Source of the DNA: Neomoorella glycerini
Lineage (GTDB): Bacteria > Bacillota > DSM-521 > Neomoorellales > Neomoorellaceae
Length of the DNA: 24,000 bases
NCBI RefSeq assembly: GCF_009735625.1
Contig: NZ_CP046244.1
Coordinates: 3,026,909 to 3,050,908 of the forward strand
Direction: 5' to 3'
Shown here: piece by piece, positions 15,774-23,559 of the stretch
Numbering within the stretch: the first letter of the stretch is position 1
Layout of the letters: each line of letters begins with the position of its first letter
The notes under the pieces: model-generated
What the model saw: the letters and a program-made list of their open reading frames with translations, nothing else
Database searches by the model: none
Told to the model about the DNA's origin: nothing
Translations under genes and position numbers: made by a program

Positions 15774-16832
15774 CTATTTCTGCGTTTCCAGGACGTCGAT
15801 TACTTTGATAGAACCGTCGATAATCCCTTTTTTCAGCTCATCGAGCTTCTTAATCTTTTCCGCGCCAATAAGGTCCCTGGTATACTTCATTTCACTCACG
15901 CCGATGCCGTCGTTCGCCACGCCAAAAACATTGACACCGCCACTAAAGCTGCCATCCACAACCTTTTTGATGGTGTTATATACGGCTACATCCACCCTCT
16001 TCATCATTGAAGTCAGGATCAGGCCCTCGGCCATATAATCCTGGTCGGAATTGCAGCCAATGGCGTATTTTTTAGCTTCTTTGGCAGCTTCGAACAAGCC
16101 GGCCCCGGAACCGCCGGCAGCATGATAAATAATATCGACACCCTGGTTGTACATGGCAAGGGCAATGCTTTTGGCTTTGGCCGGGTCATTAAAGGCGCTG
16201 AAGTCGGAGCCGATAGGCTGGACTATCACCTGGACCTTCGGGTTTACGTACTTCGCACCCTGTTCATAGGCCCTGGTAAACCTGTTCAAGAAGGGGATAT
16301 CCATAGCCGGTATGGCGCCGATTTTGTTAGTTTTCGTCATCATCCCGGCCAGGGCACCCACCAGGAAGGAACCTTCATGCTCTTTAAAAACCAGGGAAGC
16401 CACATTGGGTTTATCTACAGTGGCATCGACAATAGCGAATTTGGTATTGGGGAATTCCGCCGCCACTTTATCCATAGGATCTTTCATGTCAAAACCCACG
16501 CCGATAACCAGGTCGTTGCCCGCTTTGGCCAGGTCCCTTAACAGGCCTTCCGTCGAGGCCAGGTCGGGGGGTTCGACTACTTTTAACTGGATAGAAAGAT
16601 CCTTTTCTGCTTTCTTTGCTCCTTCATAGGCCAGGTCGTTGAAAGATTTGTCACCCAGGCCTGCCACGCCGGTGAGCAGGCCCACCTTCACTTTTTTTGC
16701 CTGGCCGGCCTGCTCCTGGGCCGGTGCGGCACCCTGCCCCGGCGCCTCTTTTTTACTTTGTCCGCAGGCCGCCAGGGTAAATAGGATGAGGACCACCGTT
16801 AAAATGCTTAAGATACGAGTGATGCGTTTCAT
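15774..16832 (-). CDS. BMP-family ABC substrate-binding lipoprotein (PnrA/Med/NupN-like, nucleoside binding)
   Basis: Lipoprotein signal LFTLAAC, then VGLLTGVAGLGDKSFNDLAYEG...FAIVD...KIGAIPAMDIPFLNRF..AYEQGAKYVNP, characteristic of basic membrane protein (Bmp) family binders. AAGGAGGT RBS is present. Confidence 0.85.
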   Translation of the reverse strand: MKRITRILSILTVVLILFTLAACGQSKKEAPGQGAAPAQEQAGQAKKVKVGLLTGVAGLGDKSFNDLAYEGAKKAEKDLSIQLKVVEPPDLASTEGLLRDLAKAGNDLVIGVGFDMKDPMDKVAAEFPNTKFAIVDATVDKPNVASLVFKEHEGSFLVGALAGMMTKTNKIGAIPAMDIPFLNRFTRAYEQGAKYVNPKVQVIVQPIGSDFSAFNDPAKAKSIALAMYNQGVDIIYHAAGGSGAGLFEAAKEAKKYAIGCNSDQDYMAEGLILTSMMKRVDVAVYNTIKKVVDGSFSGGVNVFGVANDGIGVSEMKYTRDLIGAEKIKKLDELKKGIIDGSIKVIDVLETQK

Positions 16833-16942
16833 TTCCTTTTTCTACCTCCTTAGTAATTTCCGTCATCTAACAGCTTTTCTAAAAGTCGCATCCTGTTTCG
16901 CGCCTTTCCCACCTCCACTTTTTGCTAGCATGGCAGGCCAAA

Positions 16943-17704
16943 TTAAGTCATATAAGACACTATACGACATAAGGTAAATCTAACGAAATGATCAAGATAG
17001 TATTCGGTATTGTACATGACCGGCCTGCCCTCCAGGTCGTACTCTACAGCATCCAGCCGCAAGAGGGGTGCTCCCTCTTTGACATGCAAACATCGGGACA
17101 GCTTCACGTCCGCCACTGTCGGTATAATTTCAATGACGTCGTGGGTCAGGTGGCACTGGCAACGAGTTTCGATGAAGGGGAAAATGGCCTGTGACAGGTC
17201 GGCGGTACTGAAGTCAAGGTCGCAAAATAGTTTTTTAGGTACGCGGTCGATGCAAAAGGCCGCCGGGTTCCCATCCGCCAGGAACCGCTTTTCTACAACC
17301 AGAATTTCCTCGCCTTCACTTATAGCCAGCTTTTCGGCTTCCCGGGCCGTCGCTGCCTGCCACCAGTACTTGACGCTATCTACGCCTACGGCATAACCGT
17401 TTTCCGCGATAAACTTGCCGATTTCCCTGGCCGAATCAATACGGCTGGTCAGGCGGCGGGCGAAACGGTTGACAATTGTTCCCCGCCCCTGGATGCGCGC
17501 TATAACTCCTTCCCGCTCCAGTACCGTAAGGGCCTCCCGCACCGTTAAGCGGCTGATCCCCAGGCGGAGCGCCAGTTCCTCTTCCGAGGGCAGGCGCAGG
17601 TCTTCCTCGACTTCCGGTGAAGTGATCATTTCGCGGATGATTTCTAATGCTTCCTGGACCGCCGTGGATTTTTTCACGCGGCGCCCATGTTGCCAGCCGG
17701 CCAT
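16943..17704 (-). CDS. GntR-family transcriptional regulator, HutC subfamily (wHTH + UTRA domain)
   Basis: LPSEEELALRLGISRLTVREALTVLEREGVIARIQGRGTIV is the GntR wHTH, and the C-terminal ~150 aa has UTRA-like length. GAGGAG RBS precedes ATG 17704. It is the first gene of the nucleoside operon. Confidence 0.85.
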   Translation of the reverse strand: MAGWQHGRRVKKSTAVQEALEIIREMITSPEVEEDLRLPSEEELALRLGISRLTVREALTVLEREGVIARIQGRGTIVNRFARRLTSRIDSAREIGKFIAENGYAVGVDSVKYWWQAATAREAEKLAISEGEEILVVEKRFLADGNPAAFCIDRVPKKLFCDLDFSTADLSQAIFPFIETRCQCHLTHDVIEIIPTVADVKLSRCLHVKEGAPLLRLDAVEYDLEGRPVMYNTEYYLDHFVRFTLCRIVSYMT

Positions 17705-17727
17705 AGGTTAACTCCTCAGAGGATTTT

Positions 17728-17756
17728 ATAATAAGATGATTCTCCAGCCAGGCTAA
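17728..17756 (-). promoter_or_regulatory. candidate sigma-A promoter of the gntR-nucleoside operon
   Basis: Minus strand shows TTAGCC (17756-17751), 17-nt spacer, TATTAT (17733-17728), 23 nt upstream of ATG 17704. The -35 match is weak. Confidence 0.4.
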
Positions 17757-17790
17757 AAATCCTGCCGCCCGAAATAAATTTTTTTAATTG

Positions 17791-17813
17791 AAAAAGCCGG
17801 GGGCACCCCCGGC
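17791..17813 (-). terminator. rho-independent terminator after the amidase gene
   Basis: Minus strand shows GCCGGGGG-TG-CCCCCGGC followed by TTTTT, 29 nt after stop 17842. Confidence 0.8.
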
Positions 17814-17841
17814 CTTTTCCGGCCTTTTTGAGAAAAACGAC

Positions 17842-18567
17842 TTACCCGGTCAATTTCAGCTTGGATAGCAGGTTGGCCAAAGCCACAGCTACTTCGGCAC
17901 GGGTGGCAGCCTGGTCGGGCCGGAAGGTGCCGTCCGGGTAGCCGCTCATAATCCCGGCTGCCATGACCTGGCGAATAGCCGCCTCCGCCCAGTGACCGCG
18001 GATATCGCGGGGCTCACGGGGCGCGTCCGGCTGCAGGCCCAGGTAGGCGGCCAGGCCGCGAAAAATGGCCCGGGCCAGGGCTTGCTGTACTGCGGGCGTG
18101 GCCAGTTGAGCCGCCGTGTCCGGGTTGCTGATAAAACCCATTTCCACCAGGACTGCAGGAGCAGCGGTTTCCCGCAGGATATAGAAATTCGCCTGGCGGA
18201 CACCCCCGTCAGGCCAGCCGGTGGCCGCCACCACTTCGGCCTGGATCAAGCGGGCGAGCTTTTCAGCCTGGCCTCCGGGTGCCAGGATAAAGGTGCTGGC
18301 GTAGTTGGGCTCCGGTGTACCGGCGCTGTTGACGTGCAGGCTGATGACGAGGTCTACCTGTTCCCGGTTGAAGAGAGCCGCCCTGTCTGCCAGGGAAACG
18401 TCCTGGTCGCCTGTCCGGGACATCACCACTGCCACACCTGCCTCCTGGAGCAACTGCTGCAAAACCAGGCCCACGGCCAGGGTAACGGCCTTTTCCTGGA
18501 GGCCGCTGGCGGCAACGGCCCCGGGGTCACTGCCGCCATGACCGGGATCAATGCCAATTTTGGACAT
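17842..18567 (-). CDS. N-acetylmuramoyl-L-alanine amidase (Amidase_3) with C-terminal SLH domain
   Basis: IGIDPGHGGSDPGA...EK...LVISLHVNS...PAVLVEMGFISN has intact Zn-ligand/catalytic motifs. The C-terminus IRGHWAEAAIRQVMAAGIMSGYPDGTFRPDQAATRAEVAVALANLL is a single S-layer-homology motif. ATG 18567 follows GGGGGTGG. Confidence 0.85.
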   Translation of the reverse strand: MSKIGIDPGHGGSDPGAVAASGLQEKAVTLAVGLVLQQLLQEAGVAVVMSRTGDQDVSLADRAALFNREQVDLVISLHVNSAGTPEPNYASTFILAPGGQAEKLARLIQAEVVAATGWPDGGVRQANFYILRETAAPAVLVEMGFISNPDTAAQLATPAVQQALARAIFRGLAAYLGLQPDAPREPRDIRGHWAEAAIRQVMAAGIMSGYPDGTFRPDQAATRAEVAVALANLLSKLKLTG

Positions 18568-18647
18568 CAAAACCACCCCCGTTCTTAAGATATGCTTTAA
18601 CGTGATCTTAAGCTCCGGGGGTGAAACCTGACCAGCAACGTAAATTG

Positions 18648-20081
18648 CTAATTACGCGCCTCCGGATCCTGTTGCCGTCTATTTACCGGCTTCAAGGTAC
18701 CGGGTTTCGTCATAGCGGCCGGGGTCAAGATACTTTCCAGTTCGTCCTGCGTCAAAAAACCTTTTTCTAACAGGATTTCTCTAATCGAGCGGTCGGAAGC
18801 TTCTGCTTCCAGTACCACCTCGGTGGCTTTTTCGTAACCGAGATAGGGCAGCAAAGCCGTCACCAGGACGGGACTCTGCTCCAGCACTTCCCGGCAGCGC
18901 CCGGCGTTGGCTGTTATACCGCTGATACATTCCGTGCGGAAAATCCGGGCCGCTGCCGCCAGCATTTCCAGGGATTCCAGCAGGGCGTGGGCGATGAGGG
19001 GCGCAAAGGCATTGAGCTCCAGGTGGCCCTGGCTGGCAGCCATGGCGATTACCATATCGTTGGCCATGACCTGCATAGCCACCTGGTTGACCATTTCCGG
19101 GATCACCGGGTTCACCTTGCCGGGCATGATGGAAGAGCCGGCCTGCCGGGGAGGCAGGTTGATTTCCGCCGGCCCGCCCCTGGGACCGGCAGAAAGGAAA
19201 CGCAGGTCGCCGGCAATTTTATGCATGGTTACGGCGGCGGCCTTCATAAGACCGGAAACTTCCACAAAGACATCCATGTTCTGGGTGCCATCGATCATGT
19301 TTTCCGCCCGGGCCAGGCCCAGCCCCGTCAGGCGCCTTAAATAATCATTGACCAGGTAAATGTATTTCAGGGGGGCGTTGAGGCCGGTGCCGGTGGCTGT
19401 GCCGCCCAGGTTCACCTGGCGCAGGCGCTCCTCGACCTTGTACAGCCGCCAGCGGTCCCGGGCTACGGCCTGGGCATAGGCACCGAATTCCTGTCCCAGG
19501 GTTACCGGAACGGCATCCTGGAATTCAGTACGGCCGATTTTAAGTATCCCGGCAAAGGCAGCCTCCTTTTCCTGGAGGGCCTCCTGGAGCCTGGCCAGTT
19601 CCTCGGCCAGGGGTAGTAAAAGGCGGATGGCCGCTATCCGCATGGCGGTAGGGTAGACATCGTTGGTGGACTGGTGCAGGTTGACGTGGTCGTTGGGGTG
19701 GATGGTGGTATAATCACCCCTTGGAAGTCCCAGGATTTCCAGGGCGCGGTTGGCGATTACTTCATTAACGTTCATATTGGTCGAAGTACCGGCCCCGCCC
19801 TGGAAGGCGTCGAGGAAGAACTGTCCGGCCAGTTCCCCCCGGGCTACTTCCTGGCAGGCGGCGATAATGGCTTCTCCCTTTTCCCGGGGCAGGTAGCCCA
19901 GGTCGAGGTTGGCCCGGGCGGCCGCTTCCTTGACGGTGGCCAGGGCTTTAATGAGCTCCGGGTGGACTTGATGCCGGCTGACGCGGAAATTCTCCGCCGC
20001 CCTCAAGGTGTGGAGGCCGTAATAAGCATCGGCTGGCACTTCCCTGGTCCCCAGGAGATCATGTTCCTGGCGGGTAGACAT
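18648..20081 (-). CDS. aspA: aspartate ammonia-lyase (class II fumarase/aspartase family)
   Basis: The GSSIMPGKVNPVIPE signature with VIPE (aspartase-type rather than the PTQ of FumC), the N-terminal EHDLLGTREVPADAYYGLHTLRAAENF, and TNMNVNEVIANRA / HPNDHVN blocks support the call. Confidence 0.85.
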   Translation of the reverse strand: MSTRQEHDLLGTREVPADAYYGLHTLRAAENFRVSRHQVHPELIKALATVKEAAARANLDLGYLPREKGEAIIAACQEVARGELAGQFFLDAFQGGAGTSTNMNVNEVIANRALEILGLPRGDYTTIHPNDHVNLHQSTNDVYPTAMRIAAIRLLLPLAEELARLQEALQEKEAAFAGILKIGRTEFQDAVPVTLGQEFGAYAQAVARDRWRLYKVEERLRQVNLGGTATGTGLNAPLKYIYLVNDYLRRLTGLGLARAENMIDGTQNMDVFVEVSGLMKAAAVTMHKIAGDLRFLSAGPRGGPAEINLPPRQAGSSIMPGKVNPVIPEMVNQVAMQVMANDMVIAMAASQGHLELNAFAPLIAHALLESLEMLAAAARIFRTECISGITANAGRCREVLEQSPVLVTALLPYLGYEKATEVVLEAEASDRSIREILLEKGFLTQDELESILTPAAMTKPGTLKPVNRRQQDPEARN

Positions 20082-20132
20082 AGCGTTCCCTTCCTCTGGA
20101 CTCTGGACTCTATCAGAACTCTATCAGACTCT

Positions 20133-20161
20133 ATTGTAGCAAAATGCGCACGGCCGGCAAA
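20133..20161 (-). promoter_or_regulatory. candidate sigma-A promoter of aspA
   Basis: Minus strand shows TTTGCC (20161-20156), 17-nt spacer, TACAAT (20138-20133) preceded by TGC. It lies 52 nt upstream of ATG 20081. Confidence 0.45.
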
Positions 20162-20272
20162 TACGGGCAACTAAAAAGCGATTGGCTAAAAAAATGCCAG
20201 TCGCCCTGGAAGTACAGGCCAGCGTTCATTAGCAAGTACCTATTGCCGGCTACACCAACATGGGGCCCAGGA

Positions 20273-20584
20273 TTATTTCTGGACGTAGATATGGGCATCC
20301 AGGGGCAGGGCCAGGCCGGCGGCTACTTCCACGGCCTTGACCATACCCGGCAGCACGGGACAGGCGGCGTGGGGGCAGTGCTGGAAAAATAGCTCCCGCA
20401 GGCGGCTGTTGCCCTTAAAGCTAATCTCGTCCAGGGGATTTATGGTATCCAGGGCGGCAGCAATCTTCTGGATGTTGGGACAGGTAGTATTGATGGTCAG
20501 GTTACAGGAAAACATATCCGGTGCTTCAGCCAGAATTTCGGTAGTAAAACCACAGATGCCGGATGCTACAGTTACTTTAGCCAT
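20273..20584 (-). CDS. small Cys-containing hypothetical protein (103 aa)
   Basis: ATG 20584 is preceded by AAAGGAGTTCCCCC. It has five Cys (SGICGF, FSCN, TTCPN, QHCPHAACP). No family is recognised with confidence. Confidence 0.55.
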   Translation of the reverse strand: MAKVTVASGICGFTTEILAEAPDMFSCNLTINTTCPNIQKIAAALDTINPLDEISFKGNSRLRELFFQHCPHAACPVLPGMVKAVEVAAGLALPLDAHIYVQK

Positions 20585-20674
20585 GGGGGAACTCCTTTCT
20601 ACTGGAAAAATAAATTTTGCTACCCGGCCGCTCGGACCAGATCGCTCGCTTTAAACAGATGCCAATCCACTATC

Positions 20675-21088
20675 TTATCCTTCTTCTACCGGTGACTCTT
20701 TAATGGTGCGTAAGTGTTCTGTCCTGCCTGTCAAATACTCGAGAAAGATAGCTGCCGTAGCCAGGTTCGTGGCCGCCGGTACATTGTGGACGTCACAAAT
20801 GCGCAGGAGGGCGCTGATATCCGGCTCATGGGGCTGGGGCGTCAGGGGATCCCGCAGGAAAATTACCAGGTCCAGGCGTTTTTTGGCCACCAGGGAACCC
20901 ATTTGCTGGTCTCCCCCCAGGGGACCGGACATGAGCCGGTGTACCTTCAGCCCGGTACGTTCCATAATCCTGGTACCTGTGGTCCCGGTGGCTACCAGGC
21001 GGTGGCGGGCAAAGATATGTTTATGCTGGTCAACAAAATTGACCAGGTCATCTTTCATGCGGTCGTGGGCTATGAGAGCGATGCGCAT
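20675..21088 (-). CDS. mgsA: methylglyoxal synthase
   Basis: [16 protein letters not shown]...LVATGTTG...[14 protein letters not shown]...[37 protein letters not shown] is nearly collinear with B. subtilis MgsA as I recall it. GGGGGA lies 5 nt before ATG 21088. The 22-codon ORF-track extension is rejected. Confidence 0.9.
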   Translation of the reverse strand: MRIALIAHDRMKDDLVNFVDQHKHIFARHRLVATGTTGTRIMERTGLKVHRLMSGPLGGDQQMGSLVAKKRLDLVIFLRDPLTPQPHEPDISALLRICDVHNVPAATNLATAAIFLEYLTGRTEHLRTIKESPVEEG

Positions 21089-21256
21089 TAATATCCCCCG
21101 TTTTAACGCTCTTTTCTGGGTACGTGTATACCCAGCCATGCCAGCAAGACACACCCCTCCATGAAAATAGAGCTATTTTCGGGCTAAATATAGTTAAATC
21201 TATTCGCTAAAAATCTCTTTTCTCCTTTTGCTATATATAAATTTTGCCTGGTATTT

Positions 21257-21916
21257 CTACTGGCGAAGCTGCCGCCATAGTTCCGGCGGGCAAAGGAGCT
21301 TCAAGGGTACTTCAGCATAACTCAGGCAACCGGCGAAAGGGGTCGGCGGCCAATCATGACGATGCACTCCTGGCGGTACAGCCAGCTGCAAAGAAAGCCA
21401 GTAACGCACCAGTTCATCTTCCCCGCGGTTGACAATGGTTTCCCGTAAAATCCTGGCCCGCCGGGTGAGGGGGCAGCAAAAATAGGTGCGGCAGATGAGA
21501 GGACGGTATTTGTAGAGGCGGCAACGACGCCGGTACGGTTCTAAAAAAATACAGTAACCTTCGGCGTCAGTCCGCAAAGTAATATCTACCGCCCGCCCCT
21601 TCACGTGGACCTGGCAGTACTCCTCCAGCATTTCCGGCAGGGAAAACCTTTTACCAGTAAGTTCCTCCAGACCCTGTTGCAATACCTGCAGGTCAATGCT
21701 GGTCAGGGGCAGGCGCCCGCCGCAGCAGTGATCGCACCCCGGGCAAGGGCCGTTGGTATAGGGCCGGTATAGGAGGGCCGGGTCCAGTCCTTCTACGGCG
21801 GTAATATAATCAGCAACGCTGGCCTCAGGAGATACAATCCGGAGGTCATAACCCCGCCTGCCGTTGACCTGCCAGTAACGCACCTGGACGGGGTTCTGTC
21901 CTTGCCTTGCGAGCAA
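21257..21916 (-). CDS. YkgJ-family (UPF0153, CxxCxxCC) cysteine-cluster protein
   Basis: CPGCDHCCGG...LTSIDL and later GYCIFL...RCRLYKYRPLICRTYFCC fit the YkgJ/FliB-type Zn/Fe-S cluster pattern. GGAGG (21924-21928) lies 7 nt before TTG 21916, only 25 nt after the hydF stop. Confidence 0.7.
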   Translation of the reverse strand: MLARQGQNPVQVRYWQVNGRRGYDLRIVSPEASVADYITAVEGLDPALLYRPYTNGPCPGCDHCCGGRLPLTSIDLQVLQQGLEELTGKRFSLPEMLEEYCQVHVKGRAVDITLRTDAEGYCIFLEPYRRRCRLYKYRPLICRTYFCCPLTRRARILRETIVNRGEDELVRYWLSLQLAVPPGVHRHDWPPTPFAGCLSYAEVPLKLLCPPELWRQLRQ

Positions 21917-21941
21917 TTGACAACCTCCTGCCAATTATATT

Positions 21942-23168
21942 TTACTCTTCTTCCCGCCATTCCATCAGGGCCAGGGGGAAGGGCTCCAGGGCCCGTTCCA
22001 GGACGCCGTGGATAAAGGCCAGGAGGACGCCGTAATTAACTATTGGTACGCCGGCTTCTTTGGCCAGCTGGATGCGGTAGAGCATTTCCCGGCGGTTGAT
22101 CATGCAGGCGCCGCAGTGAATTATCACCTTGTAACTAGCCACATCTTCCGGGTAGCCAGTGCCGGAATACCAGGAAAACTGTAACTCACCACCCACGTAC
22201 TGGCGCAGCCAGCGGGGTATCTGCACTTTACCGATGTCATCAGCCTGGCGGTGGTGGGTACAGGCCTCAGCAATGAGAACCCTGTCCCCCGGCTGCAAAT
22301 TTTTAACGGCCTTGGCGCCCCGTACCAGCTCCACCAAGTCGCCTTTATAGCGGGCAAATAAAATGGAAAAGGAAGTCATCCAGACGCCGGGCGGCGTGTC
22401 GGCCGCCACCTTCAAGAAAGCCTGGGAATCGGTAATAACAATCTTGGGGGGCGGGATCTTCGCCAGGGCCAGCTTCAGTTCCCGCTCTTTTACCACCAGG
22501 CCCATGGCATCGTGATCCAGCAAGTCCCGCAGTGTCTGTACCTGGGGCAGGATCAGGCGCCCTTTCGGTGCCGCCAGGTCGATGGGTACCACCAGGACGG
22601 CCATTTCTCCGGGCCCCACCAGGTCGGCAACAATATAAGGCTCCTCAAAGTCGGTAGGAGCAGCTTTAATCAGCTCCCCCTTCAATTCTTCGATCCCCTG
22701 GCGAGTCAGGGCGCTAACCGGCAGGACCCGCTGTCCCAGGGTTTTTTCCAGGTCCGGCAATAGTTCCCGGCCGCCCCGGTCGATTTTATTTAAAACTATC
22801 ACCAGGGGCAGGTTTTGTTCCTTTAGTCGCTGCCAGAGTTCCAGTTCGTAAGGTCCAACCCCGGCTGCCGGGTCCAGGACCAGGATGGCCAGGTCAGTGC
22901 GCCGCAGGACTTCCATGGTCTTTTTGACCCTTAAAGCGCCCAGTTCGCCCACGTCGTCAATTCCGGCCGTGTCGATGAGCACGACGGGACCCAGGGGTAA
23001 AATTTCCATGGATTTAAGGACCGGGTCGGTAGTCGTGCCAGGAACGCTGGAGACTACGGCCAGTTCCTGGTTGGTCAAGGCGTTGATTAAACTGGACTTG
23101 CCGGCATTGCGGCGGCCAAAGATAGCAATATGCAGGCGGTTACCCCGCGGTGTTGTTTCCAAAGCCAC
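21942..23168 (-). CDS. hydF: [FeFe]-hydrogenase H-cluster maturation GTPase HydF
   Basis: N-terminal GTPase (IAIFGRRNAGKSSLINAL, DTAG, NKID) plus the C-terminal cluster-binding motifs EACTHH and IIHCGACMINRRE (CxHx~50HCxxC), diagnostic of HydF. The start is GTG 23168 (or TTG 23162) after GAGGTGAGG. Confidence 0.85.
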   Translation of the reverse strand: MALETTPRGNRLHIAIFGRRNAGKSSLINALTNQELAVVSSVPGTTTDPVLKSMEILPLGPVVLIDTAGIDDVGELGALRVKKTMEVLRRTDLAILVLDPAAGVGPYELELWQRLKEQNLPLVIVLNKIDRGGRELLPDLEKTLGQRVLPVSALTRQGIEELKGELIKAAPTDFEEPYIVADLVGPGEMAVLVVPIDLAAPKGRLILPQVQTLRDLLDHDAMGLVVKERELKLALAKIPPPKIVITDSQAFLKVAADTPPGVWMTSFSILFARYKGDLVELVRGAKAVKNLQPGDRVLIAEACTHHRQADDIGKVQIPRWLRQYVGGELQFSWYSGTGYPEDVASYKVIIHCGACMINRREMLYRIQLAKEAGVPIVNYGVLLAFIHGVLERALEPFPLALMEWREEE

Positions 23169-23251
23169 CTCACCTCGCAGTAAAGCAAAAACAAGCTGCG
23201 CTCTAAAGAAATTATGTATTCTTTCAGGCGCCGGCCGGGGAATTTTGCCAG

Positions 23252-23276
23252 AAAAAAACGGGAGTTTATCTCCCGT
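23252..23276 (-). terminator. rho-independent terminator after tatA
   Basis: Minus strand shows ACGGGAG-ATAAA-CTCCCGT followed by TTTTTTT, 14 nt after stop 23290. Confidence 0.75.
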
Positions 23277-23289
23277 AGCTTACCACCCT

Positions 23290-23511
23290 TTAACTGGCCT
23301 GTTTGGCGGCCTTCTCTTTATTGGCACTGCTGTCGCCGTCATCTATTCTGGCCGCTTCCTTGATTTCTTCAGTTACGGAATTAGTAGCATTCTTAAACTC
23401 CCTGATGCCCTTACCCAGGGCGCGGCCCACCTCGGGTAGCTTGCCGGGGCCAAAAATAATCAACGCCAGGACTAAAATCAAAATTAATTCAGGGGCTCCC
23501 AAACCGAACAT
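23290..23511 (-). CDS. tatA: twin-arginine translocase subunit TatA/E
   Basis: [40 protein letters not shown] is the canonical TatA TM plus amphipathic helix (FGxxKLP). GGAGG lies 8 nt before ATG 23511. Confidence 0.9.
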   Translation of the reverse strand: MFGLGAPELILILVLALIIFGPGKLPEVGRALGKGIREFKNATNSVTEEIKEAARIDDGDSSANKEKAAKQAS

Positions 23512-23559
23512 GCTTCTCACCTCCTGCTTATTTTAATTTTACACCTTTCCCGCAAAAGT

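Noticed and set aside
20094-20138. Reading the aspA leader repeats as a TRAP-like (G/U)AG repeat binding site
   Set aside because: The GAG triplets are spaced 4-8 nt apart and number only five, unlike the 2-3 nt spacing and 9-11 repeats of TRAP sites. I kept the region as an unexplained repeat observation only.
22885-23439. 184-aa plus-strand ORF spanning the hydF 5' end, the intergenic region and tatA
   Set aside because: It runs antisense to two well-supported genes and straight across a terminator and promoter region. It has no RBS and no domain signal.
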